A stretch of 64,000 nucleotides of DNA from Elusimicrobiota bacterium (lineage in GTDB: Bacteria; Elusimicrobiota; Elusimicrobia; F11): NCBI GenBank assembly GCA_046153645.1, contig JBJXGI010000053.1:15512-79511 (forward strand), written 5' to 3'. Both the position numbers and the translations under genes were made by a program. The notes below the pieces were generated by a model. The model saw only the letters and a list, made by a program, of their open reading frames with translations. It had not been told where the DNA came from and did not search any database. This document shows positions 36,601 through 42,885 of the stretch, piece after piece. Every line of letters begins with the position of its first letter. Position 1 is the first letter of the stretch.

Positions 36601-37152
36601 TTTTCTAGTTGCCTCTGGTGGAAACACCCTGAAAGGGTTTAAATCGATGGGGTTAAACGCGCCTTCCAACGCAATGAGATCAACCTGATTACCATCAATA
36701 AGTCCTTGAATGGTTTTGCCGATATTTTTTTGGGCTTCGGCGTTTCGATGGACATCTTGGATGTGAATGACGATTCGTCCATTTTTTCCCTCACCCTGAC
36801 CCTCTCCCCGACGGGGAGAGGGAAGAGTGATTTCTTGAATTGTTCCGTATTGGGTTGATAAGTTTTGAAACAGAGAAGAGAGTTGGGGTGCAATATCCTT
36901 TGGAACCGATTCTTCAAATTGGCGTGGCAAAGACGCTTGAACATGAGGAAGTTGCTGCAAGATCGAGTGAGAATTTTCCAGAGCAACATTTGAAGGCAAT
37001 TGCGCTAATTGGATTGACTTTTTGTTGTCAACAGAACGTCGACGCTCTGCCCAAACAGACTTCTTTGGGTTATGGGCAAATGCACAATTTGTGGCGAAAT
37101 AAATAATGGCCAACGCAGTGGAAATCGATCGAATAAAAACTCGCTTTTTCAT
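30637..37152 (-). CDS. giant (2171 aa) mosaic membrane protein, paralog B
   Basis: Uninterrupted 6516-nt ORF with an ATG start and a clean signal peptide, MKKRVFIRSISTALAIIYFATNCAFA. Domain sub-features are listed separately below. Confidence 0.9.
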   Translation of the reverse strand: MKKRVFIRSISTALAIIYFATNCAFAHNPKKSVWAERRRSVDNKKSIQLAQLPSNVALENSHSILQQLPHVQASLPRQFEESVPKDIAPQLSSLFQNLSTQYGTIQEITLPSPRRGEGQGEGKNGRIVIHIQDVHRNAEAQKNIGKTIQGLIDGNQVDLIALEGAFNPIDLNPFRVFPPEATRKVANYLLRENKVSGPIYTGFTLQLRSGQTLPRFIGVDDSAHYKANVEAYRQSASHIEKNKQQLNELRTELAQKKKTIFNAALYDFDCQVELYRGDTLSLGKYVEFLSSFKLFSKKPVNDLDPGLRRGDDTDKGFNEHFQIQIFLKAIHLESRLNFAAVERERGQLLSQLLAKLGTFESQSLIATSVAYRLGNISHADFYARLKNLCDKKEIALSRYPAMNSYLQYVLLSDQINADDLFKSIEKMEESIYSSLANTDVEKQLIKESHALSLTKKLVDFSLTKEEWGEYINSSPRFSVGREGGEGFALESFENFYKQAEIRDEKMASNFLKIIENSNTKYQITNKSPKLKKSIDHCDLGFGNYQNAVLVTGGFHSAGIDQRLSEAGYTVISFTPKITKVNSENGSSYLTVFAQEKTPLDQLFEGEKLFLAEAPIPSSQASIFALYELVKKFSGFAGKVAIKFPRGVLSAWFDRTGEFVKVVYERRVVIFSVGSIFIFLPFLEELIFRELLIGIWGLSPILMGFTFFAFHIPRSFSLAKKDAVEKNINFVTAFIARLGLQTGGTTLIVLTYVESNSLVSAILVHMSYNVGMFLLSAATSGSKSALKEGAYLAIWDLFSRKKKEPYKPLAPDSINPNALDALNQLMMAIKHVGVGESSLPRLNEIAGAWLEAIRNKEPRDELKRRMQSTLLRGNEAAEELLNAIDFSIIPQISAVLNGVVDLVSVDITNVPTAEQPPLPQNDKSREFILHETTDVYAQLIAIYPWLKDKIEKIVKTPFSKLKLGVDYDRRNSHKGDSNKFERSLEIDLPDVVMINGFPLKTIKVKGGTLENAAIIFDPAERLRREGLVPAHFQPGDENFTPSGIYYTEEYHFNPLYGLNFEDAVAEFLGGQALLKKGFLTPPPLCLYELPGDTTPQDRSAGMVVLGLPPRDLITSSIENINNQFSKYQPFTKEYLAANAPERENLRKTSELHRVLEKINNDNGLLYKRLAERGIVHMQLYRANYGTIKINGEELPFIWDAESIVLAEHLTPAQFFGFVLQGLGNCSSQANSITLTQGQPNKISQFKINWTGYVLHGFFDFNASHLPIDKNNLFPGRRLEKITPVTLPLYQQTRNPVVLAVRNLFPNLNQLLIEQQYGDKNETALKGKYQGEIIKSPATLQSTYTSGYIFFGVIHFIFNATFLFIATYHSSVFYSFAFTIPLAVWTLRKKFISIRFAPIWEAGEHAKEGFVEKHDPKDDEERDWLTVGWKEIKKAAAISWWSGVRAHRDFNKRAWKIGQRPLTFGNSQNDSKDEMVLVWEGSSEDKDYILSAEYGDKKLGDFINQKAHVTAHDPWAIYLLMHSVREILKNAHDAWARSNPKWSTSEIKIRIFKNYKLGTLALEISNPGVIDPEKIRKQIPVIIRSLRLRLQEGTGDTDEVVHYNREEPKIWKSIRILTQLGHKTDLSAADIFSILTAWRFTTIRGEDKKYFNLSGENGVALNQIEMISEWLGAHFDLLSQNGKTVFRLEFPSTAFDIKNINVPFDVVEEVYLQNRFNLPPFLRRLFIRELVREAFLSAHRGQVVTSFDLIKIIAQRIGYDRINSDLALILERISLYLEIFRRQNQTLLSPATLTSETPSLFANIFNSNWAKRNNLMWLNWLVRTVFFGGITSHEGGHLIGGPTEGKRLDYGTLKIIRGMFTGKMPWETRGPPAMYGIYVNIFMVIISLLVYIPALIFFSHSLVDYVVLFVSFYFLFANVVVLVVEAVLTDVAKKWGISEQADLIQSKRAGDILNSLTGQVVKMGLDNPLARQAISQSDPEKLELLVRELENTLKDKERKLEPEEALELAEKVARSPDENTINKRHLKGKAVQMVLRAKDLRSKKLKQYLNRSMNFEFVIDENDQKEFEKLLRKNLQWQIKLMPQKGLFSKGKINKIVFEQTMTALQASNQLLPDFVISRDLLLQLMASGPTQSSILYHIKYLSLEELLSAMSEFPVRNLGFVIGLARVVAVGA
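31363..31710 (-). other. paralog B, membrane-embedded HExxH block
   Basis: FFGGITSHEGGHLIGG is followed by hydrophobic segments (YGIYVNIFMVIISLLVYIPALIFF...). The equivalent sequence in paralog C is VPIHELTHAYV. Confidence 0.5.
32083..32610 (-). other. paralog B, GHKL (HATPase_c)-like domain
   Basis: N-box-like REILKNAHDA, LALEISNPGVID, and a C-terminal GENGVALNQIEMISEWLGAHFDLLSQNGKTVFRLEFP. The last resembles the G2 box and final strand of histidine-kinase ATPase domains. Confidence 0.5.
33523..34200 (-). other. paralog B, kinase-like spacing with substituted catalytic residues (very tentative)
   Basis: IKVKGG ... GIVHMQLYRANYG ... LPFIWDAES. The spacing resembles the beta3-Lys / HxD-x4-N / DFG arrangement, but the catalytic Asp positions are not conserved. 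Confidence 0.2.
34828..35145 (-). other. paralog B, CPBP (CAAX protease/Abi)-like intramembrane protease core
   Basis: FLPFLEELIFRELL (EExxxR), FFAFHIP (FxxxH) and ILVHMSYNVG (HxxxN/D), all within hydrophobic segments. Confidence 0.65.
35695..35740. repeat. GC-rich palindromic mini-element, in frame in paralog B (encodes SPRFSVGREGGEG)
   Basis: The plus strand reads cccctccccgccttcCCTCCCCACcgaaaaacGTGGGGAGG, with a 9-bp stem at 35710-35735. It has the same C-rich tail plus hairpin layout as the element at 36788. Confidence 0.7.
36217..36250. repeat. GC-rich hairpin, in frame in paralog B (encodes DPGLRRGDD)
   Basis: CCCCGGC-ggag-GCCGGGG at 36224-36241, inside an otherwise AT-rich gene. Confidence 0.65.
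36788..36827. repeat. GC-rich palindromic mini-element, in frame in paralog B (encodes LPSPRRGEGQGEG)
   Basis: The plus strand reads ccctcaccctgaCCTCTCCCCgacGGGGAGAGGgaagag, with a perfect 9-bp stem and 3-nt loop at 36801-36821. Paralog A lacks about 13 residues at exactly this point. Confidence 0.8.
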
Positions 37153-37200
37153 ATTAAAGCAAGTATAAAAAACTGGCCTTAAGATTATCTTAATTTCAAA

Positions 37201-38340
37201 TTAATTTTGGTGAGGACGATGTAAATGATTTGTTACATAAGGAATGTTGAGGTAATAACGGGCGTACCGATTTTCGCCTTTTTTTATCAATGCATTTTTC
37301 ATGACCAAGCCAACCAAATCGCGCGTTGTTGTGGCGGCAGATGCTTTGGTGATAGCGATGTATTTTTTAGCGCTCAATCCACCTGCAAATCCTTCGGGTC
37401 CTTCCCGGAAGAGGCGCATGACCGCTTTTTCCTGCCGTTCATTCAGTTGACCTCTCAAACGATCCAGAAATTTCATTTTTTCAATCATAAATTCTACGTG
37501 GCCTGCAGTACGCTTTTGCGCTTCAAGAGCTGTCGTAGAAAACCAAGAGAGCCAGCGCGTCATTTCATTTTTTTTATTCGCTTCTTCCAAGACATCGTAG
37601 TAAGCATTTCGTTTACTTAATATTGTTGTAGCTAAGACTGTCAATGTTGCCGCCCCAAGACTTTGCGACAATATCTTTTCAGAAATGGCCCGAGCAAGAC
37701 GGCCATTACCATCCTCAAAAGGATGAATAGAAACAAAATAAAGATGAGCTATTCCAGATCTTGTCAATGCGGGGAGAGGGTCTCGTCCCGTAGGCCCTGT
37801 GCGGTTAAACCACTCAATGAAACGTTTCATTTCAGCGGGCACATGTGATGAAGGTGGTGCTTCAAAATGGATTTTCGGTGAATGAAGGGCACCTGAAACA
37901 ACTTGCATGGGTTCAAGATAAGACCTATAAGAACCAATATTTTTCAGGTCTCTTCGACCTTTCATCAACATTCGATGCCATCGGGAAAGTGTTTGATGTG
38001 TTAATGGAGTTGAAAAACCACGGTAAAGATCGACCATCATTTCGGCAATTCCTTGTTCTGCCGGTTCTATAGGATTTTTATCAGCCGCAAGACCCAGTTG
38101 CCGACAAATGGAAGACTGAACACTTTTTCTGTTAAGAATTTCCCCTTCAATCTCGGAGGTCGTGACGGCTTCTGTACTCATGATTTCGACAGTGAATTGC
38201 TCTTTGTCACTTAAGGAAAGATATTTGGTTATACCGACAATAGAACCAGCACCCAATAAAAAAAGCTCTTCTGCCTTGGTAAGGAGCTGTTTTTTCCAGG
38301 TAAATTTGGGCCAATCAGATTGTTGCCAGTTCCATTTCAT
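37201..38340 (-). CDS. Fic-family protein (class II, with N-terminal inhibitory motif)
   Basis: 379 aa with the canonical Fic motif HPFEDGNGRLAR and an (S/T)xxxE(G/N) inhibitory motif, TSEIEG, at aa 61-66. Confidence 0.85.
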   Translation of the reverse strand: MKWNWQQSDWPKFTWKKQLLTKAEELFLLGAGSIVGITKYLSLSDKEQFTVEIMSTEAVTTSEIEGEILNRKSVQSSICRQLGLAADKNPIEPAEQGIAEMMVDLYRGFSTPLTHQTLSRWHRMLMKGRRDLKNIGSYRSYLEPMQVVSGALHSPKIHFEAPPSSHVPAEMKRFIEWFNRTGPTGRDPLPALTRSGIAHLYFVSIHPFEDGNGRLARAISEKILSQSLGAATLTVLATTILSKRNAYYDVLEEANKKNEMTRWLSWFSTTALEAQKRTAGHVEFMIEKMKFLDRLRGQLNERQEKAVMRLFREGPEGFAGGLSAKKYIAITKASAATTTRDLVGLVMKNALIKKGENRYARYYLNIPYVTNHLHRPHQN

Positions 38341-38409
38341 GAGCGATAGACTCCTTTTCTATCACTCATATTACATGATTTTTTGATTGATAGACTTTTC
38401 GAACAGAAA

Positions 38410-39180
38410 TTAAACAGTCTCTTTACTTCGAAGAAGATGAATAAGCTCTTCACGCAATTCATCGGGGTCCATTTGCGTTTTCAGCTTGCCATCTATAGCT
38501 AAAGAGACGGCTCCTGTTTCTTCTGATACACAGATAGACCAGCAATCGCTGACCTCTGAAATTCCGACCGCAGCTCGGTGACGAGTCCCCAACCACTTCG
38601 ATAAACTGGCATCTTGAGAAACAGGGAAAATACATCCTGCTGCGACAATTCGATTGGACTGAACAATAACGCCCCCGTCATGAAGAGCGGCTGGCGGCTG
38701 AAAAATAGTTAACAATAATTCCCGGGTAATTTCTGCGTTCAGTAAAGTGCCGGTTTCTAAATAATCACGAAGCCCCGTATTTCTCTCAATAGCAATAAGC
38801 ATGCCCATTTGGCGACGAGAAGCTTCTTTGACGGCCGCCACAATTTCATTCACCACCGTCAATTCCTGCTGCATAGAAAATCGACTTGACGTTTTTGTCC
38901 CCAACTGAGCCAACGCAGAGCGCAATTCAGGCTGAAAAACCACTGCCAAAATAACAAAGCCTGCAATCCAAAATTTCTCTAACAACCAATTTAGCGAAGG
39001 CAAACCAACAAACTGAGATAAGGCGGTAAGGCCAGCCAAAACAATCAAACCAACCGCAATTTGAACAGCTCTCGTGCCCTTAATAAGAATGAGGAACTTA
39101 TAAATTAAAAAACCCACAAGGCTGATATCAACCACGTGAATAAGATATTTTTTCCAAATAAAAATAAAAGATTCAATCAT
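38410..39180 (-). CDS. cdaA: diadenylate cyclase (membrane-anchored, DisA_N domain)
   Basis: 256 aa with three N-terminal hydrophobic helices, then HDGGVIV, GTRHRAAVGISE and VSEETGAVS. Confidence 0.9.
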   Translation of the reverse strand: MIESFIFIWKKYLIHVVDISLVGFLIYKFLILIKGTRAVQIAVGLIVLAGLTALSQFVGLPSLNWLLEKFWIAGFVILAVVFQPELRSALAQLGTKTSSRFSMQQELTVVNEIVAAVKEASRRQMGMLIAIERNTGLRDYLETGTLLNAEITRELLLTIFQPPAALHDGGVIVQSNRIVAAGCIFPVSQDASLSKWLGTRHRAAVGISEVSDCWSICVSEETGAVSLAIDGKLKTQMDPDELREELIHLLRSKETV

Positions 39181-39219
39181 AAAAAAAGGCGTTCCTTATC
39201 ATTATGATAAAGAACGCCT
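39181..39219 (-). terminator. strong hairpin plus U7 between ftsH and cdaA (terminator or attenuator)
   Basis: The minus-strand RNA reads AGGCGUUCUUUAUCAU-A-AUGAUAAGGAACGCCU UUUUUUU AUG(cdaA). The stem is 16 bp with one mismatch, and the U-tract runs straight into the cdaA start codon. Confidence 0.6.
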
Positions 39220-39249
39220 GATATAAAATCAACTAATAAAAGAATTTAG

Positions 39250-41070
39250 TTAAATTGCAGCAGGAGCAACGGGCTCAGGAGGAAAACCAATAAGTTCATT
39301 GATTTCATCCCCATTAAGAACTTCTTTCTCTATCAAAGCTAACGATAATTTTTCTAATTTGTCTCGATTACTTTCGAGTAAATTTTTCACTTTTTCATAA
39401 GCAGTTGTTAGAATTCTCTTCACTTCCATGTCAATTTGCTGAGAAGTATTTTCAGAGAAACCGCGATCATTTCCAATATCTCTGCCTAAAAACACCTCCG
39501 CTTCAGGTTTTTTATAAGTGATGGGCCCAATCGAATCAGACATTCCAAACTCACAAACCATTTTAGACGCAAGACTGGTGGCTTTTTGCAAATCGTCTTG
39601 AGCCCCGGTTGTGATTTCTGAGAAAGTAATTTGTTCTGCTACTCTTCCCCCCATTAGAACAAGAATTCGATTATACAGCTCTGTTTTTGAGGTAAGATAT
39701 TTATCTTGAGTAGGAAGCTGCATTGTATATCCCAACGCCATCCCACGAGAAATAATAGAAACTTTATGAACAGGATCCGTACCAGGGAGCAACTTAGCAA
39801 CCAAAGTGTGACCACTTTCATGAAAGGCCACAATTTTTCTTTCGTTTTCTGACAAGAGTCTTGATTTTCTTTCAGGGCCAGCCATAACACGGTCAATGGC
39901 GGATTCTAAATCTTTCATTTCCACCTGATTGCGATCATAACGAGCGGCCAAAAGAGCGGACTCATTAATCACATTGGCTAAATCAGCACCAACAAAACCA
40001 GGTGTTCGTCGAGCAATCACACTCCAATCGACAACAGGAGAAATTTTCACATTTCGAGCATGAACTTTTAAGATATCTTCACGCCCTTTAAGGTCTGGTG
40101 GTGGCACCATAACATGACGATCAAATCTCCCAGGGCGAAGTAAAGCAGGATCTAAAACATCAGGACGATTGGTGGCTGCAATTAAAATAACCCCTTCACG
40201 ACTCTCAAACCCATCCATTTCAACCAAAATCTGATTTAGAGTTTGCTCTCTTTCATCATGTCCCCCACCAATACCCGCAAATCGGTGCCGACCAACAGCA
40301 TCTAACTCATCAACAAACAATAAGCAGGGAGCATTTTTCTTTCCTTGATCAAATAAATCCCTCACACGAGAAGCGCCCACCCCAACAAACATTTCCACAA
40401 ATTCTGAACCGCTAGCAGAGAAAAAAGGCACATTGGCTTCTCCAGCCACAGCCTTGGCCAACATGGTTTTCCCTGTTCCGGGCGAACCATACAAAAGAAC
40501 CCCTTTTGGCACCTTTCCACCTAATTTTTGATATTTGGCAGGATCTTTCAAGAAATCGATAATTTCTTTTAGTTCTTCTTTGGCTTCATCAACGCCCGCC
40601 ACATCTTTAAATAAAACTTTATTTCGTTTATTGGTTTGGTTTTTCGCTTTGGTCCGACCGAAAGCCATCGCCTGGCGACCTCCGTTTTGCATTTGTCGAA
40701 CCACAATAAACCACCACAAAAAGAAGAATACAACGATCCACAATAAATTAGACACAATGGCAGTAACCCAACTCTTATCTTGCATACCCGAATAACTTTT
40801 AACACCATACTCTTCTAGCTGATCAACAAGTTTGTTATCAAGTAATGGCAGTGTTTCGAATTTCTTATCCCCTGAATCAGATTTGAAAGTTCCTTCAATA
40901 ACTTTGTCGGTGACTTGGACGTCGAGAATTTTTTTATCTCGTAGAAGCTGCTTGAATTCAGAATAGGGCAGTTTTTCTTTAGGTGTGGTTTTAGAAGATT
41001 GCACGACGAAAAGCACCGCTAAAATAACAATGCCCCAGAGAATAATCGCACGAAAATCAAATTTCTTCAT
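39250..41070 (-). CDS. ftsH: ATP-dependent zinc metalloprotease FtsH
   Basis: 606 aa with GSPGTGKT Walker A, an SRH region and the Zn motif [10 protein letters not shown]. Confidence 0.95.
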   Translation of the reverse strand: MKKFDFRAIILWGIVILAVLFVVQSSKTTPKEKLPYSEFKQLLRDKKILDVQVTDKVIEGTFKSDSGDKKFETLPLLDNKLVDQLEEYGVKSYSGMQDKSWVTAIVSNLLWIVVFFFLWWFIVVRQMQNGGRQAMAFGRTKAKNQTNKRNKVLFKDVAGVDEAKEELKEIIDFLKDPAKYQKLGGKVPKGVLLYGSPGTGKTMLAKAVAGEANVPFFSASGSEFVEMFVGVGASRVRDLFDQGKKNAPCLLFVDELDAVGRHRFAGIGGGHDEREQTLNQILVEMDGFESREGVILIAATNRPDVLDPALLRPGRFDRHVMVPPPDLKGREDILKVHARNVKISPVVDWSVIARRTPGFVGADLANVINESALLAARYDRNQVEMKDLESAIDRVMAGPERKSRLLSENERKIVAFHESGHTLVAKLLPGTDPVHKVSIISRGMALGYTMQLPTQDKYLTSKTELYNRILVLMGGRVAEQITFSEITTGAQDDLQKATSLASKMVCEFGMSDSIGPITYKKPEAEVFLGRDIGNDRGFSENTSQQIDMEVKRILTTAYEKVKNLLESNRDKLEKLSLALIEKEVLNGDEINELIGFPPEPVAPAAI

Positions 41071-41075
41071 TTTAT

Positions 41076-42113
41076 TTAGTTCTTATCCTTTGTTTGTTTA
41101 GTTTGTTGACTTCGATGGATTTGACCAATCCAAAATATAGAAGCGGAAGAAAATCCTTGAGATTTTGACAGCCTCTCCACTATCCAACCTTTTCTCAGTG
41201 TCCATCTTCGAGCATTTGAAGGGGGTCGAGCCATCCATTGACGCAGGTTTTCAAGCGCATCAAAAGTCAGAATATTCTCACCAATTAAAGCTCTTAAGAA
41301 GCGCCGTTGCTCAGCGGCAGAATAGCTTAATAGCCCCTTGAAATCAAGCAACCAACCCGATTTAACTTCTTTGAGCAAAATCTTGCTCATCTCATACACT
41401 TTGTCTGCCCAGTACAACTCTTCATCTCGTAAAAGGTTCGATAAATTATTTATTCGCGAAGAAAAACCGGGATTGCGATTTTCGAATTCCGGAATAACCG
41501 ATTGACGGAGCCAATTTCTTAAAAAAGCTTCATTTTTATTGGATTTATCCAATCGAAATGAATAATGGTTCTTTTTAGAAAACTCCAAAATCTCTTTTTT
41601 TGAAACGTTTAAAAACGGACGAAACAGCAGCTTATCAGTGTGTCCTATCTTTCTTAGGGGTGGAATACCGCTTAAACCGTGTGGACCGCAGCCTCTAATA
41701 AGATTCATAAGAACCGTTTCGGCCTGATCGTTGAGCGTATGCGCGGTCATAATACCCATACAACCAAAACGAGTGGCCATTTTCTCAAGACACAGATAGC
41801 GTTTAAGCCTGGCTTTTTCTTCGATACCTGTCTTGGTTCCTTTCAGAGGTGCCTGTGCAACAACAACTTTAAAGCCCAACTTTTTTGCCAACGCACGAAC
41901 CGATTTTTCATCTAAATCAGAAGCTGAACCTCGCAAATGATGGTTCACATGCCCCAATATAAAGGTATAGGGAAATTTATCGTTTATCTTTTTTAAAGCA
42001 GCCGCCAGGACAACAGAATCAACCCCTCCTGAGCAAGCCAAAAGAATTTTGTCACTGGGCTTAAAAAGAGAGTGGTTGTCTTGAAAAAAATCAAGGAGTG
42101 TATCAGTAATCAA
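41076..42113 (-). CDS. tilS: tRNA(Ile)-lysidine synthetase
   Basis: 345 aa with the [14 protein letters not shown]-loop. It is directly upstream of ftsH, a common arrangement. Confidence 0.85.
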   Translation of the reverse strand: MITDTLLDFFQDNHSLFKPSDKILLACSGGVDSVVLAAALKKINDKFPYTFILGHVNHHLRGSASDLDEKSVRALAKKLGFKVVVAQAPLKGTKTGIEEKARLKRYLCLEKMATRFGCMGIMTAHTLNDQAETVLMNLIRGCGPHGLSGIPPLRKIGHTDKLLFRPFLNVSKKEILEFSKKNHYSFRLDKSNKNEAFLRNWLRQSVIPEFENRNPGFSSRINNLSNLLRDEELYWADKVYEMSKILLKEVKSGWLLDFKGLLSYSAAEQRRFLRALIGENILTFDALENLRQWMARPPSNARRWTLRKGWIVERLSKSQGFSSASIFWIGQIHRSQQTKQTKDKN

Positions 42114-42126
42114 AAAGCGCTCACTT

Positions 42127-42885
42127 TTAAGGTTTTAGAGTGGCTTGGAATTGCCCCATACTTCGCTGAGCAAGATAGGTGAACAAAACAAGCGCTCGGG
42201 TAGATTCAATATCTTGAAACAAACCCGAACGAGAATTTTTCATTTGAGGTAAAGATGGGTCAGAATCGTCATTTACCGGGGCATCGGGAAAAAGTAAATA
42301 AGGATCACTTGAATTGGCATGCGCTTGACTCACAATGGTTACCGTGCGATCCTCTTTCTCACGGATTAGTTGAGCCACATTTTCTAAGATAGGAAGCGAC
42401 TCATCCCGAAAAGTTTGAAGACCTGGCAAGAATAATTGGTCGTGAAACAAAACCACCTTTAACCCACTTTTATCATCTTGAATTTGGACAATATTACTCG
42501 TACTGGTGGACCGATTACGCATTCTTTCAACGAGGGATTTACGAGCGGCAATAATATCATTGGCATCGGTTTTAAATTCATCACGATTCTTTTTTGATTT
42601 AAGAAGAGAGTCCCAAGTTGGATCTTTTGGCTTATCTCCTTCACCGCCTTGCATTTCCCACTCCGAAATTCTTTTTTCAGTGCTAACAACATATTCCTTG
42701 GCCACCGCATTTTCCGGACTGATCCGCTCAACTTGTTTAAAAAGATCAAGTGCCCGAACATATTGTTTATCTCCGTAAAGCCGTAGAGCTTCTTGAAGCA
42801 AAACTTTGACTCGGGGGTCTTCTTGCGTATAAGAAAATGTAACAAATGATAAAACAACTGCTAATAAAAAAATTATTCTCGTCAT
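42127..42885 (-). CDS. secreted protein with N-terminal TPR-like helices and a degenerate OmpA/MotB-like C-terminal domain
   Basis: 252 aa with a signal peptide and KVVLFHDQLFLPGLQTFRDESLPILENVAQLI...VTIVSQAH. This resembles the OmpA_C pattern but without the canonical peptidoglycan-binding residues. Confidence 0.4.
   Translation of the reverse strand: MTRIIFLLAVVLSFVTFSYTQEDPRVKVLLQEALRLYGDKQYVRALDLFKQVERISPENAVAKEYVVSTEKRISEWEMQGGEGDKPKDPTWDSLLKSKKNRDEFKTDANDIIAARKSLVERMRNRSTSTSNIVQIQDDKSGLKVVLFHDQLFLPGLQTFRDESLPILENVAQLIREKEDRTVTIVSQAHANSSDPYLLFPDAPVNDDSDPSLPQMKNSRSGLFQDIESTRALVLFTYLAQRSMGQFQATLKP

Larger units (their letters stand above)
35353..36780 (-). other. paralog B, shared N-terminal TraB/GumN/Tiki-like module (about aa 125-600)
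   Basis: IVIHIQDVHRNAEAQKNI...VDLIALEGA ... VLVTGGFHSAGIDQRLSEAGYTVISFTPKI ... FAQEKTPLDQLF. This is co-linear with paralog A. Confidence 0.45.

Noticed and set aside
36639-36989. 116-aa minus-strand ORF (contains PLPVGERVRVREKM) inside giant gene B
   Set aside because: It is an alternative frame of the 2171-aa ORF. Its only distinctive peptide comes from reading the GC-rich palindromic element in another frame, which is a typical shadow ORF.
5819-37152. Possibility that the giant ORFs are pseudogene fusions or assembly chimeras
   Set aside because: Open frames of 6.4 and 6.5 kb are not expected by chance in AT-rich, stop-codon-rich DNA, and recognisable motifs persist along their whole length. 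An assembly artefact still cannot be excluded without reads, so this is kept as a test in the findings.
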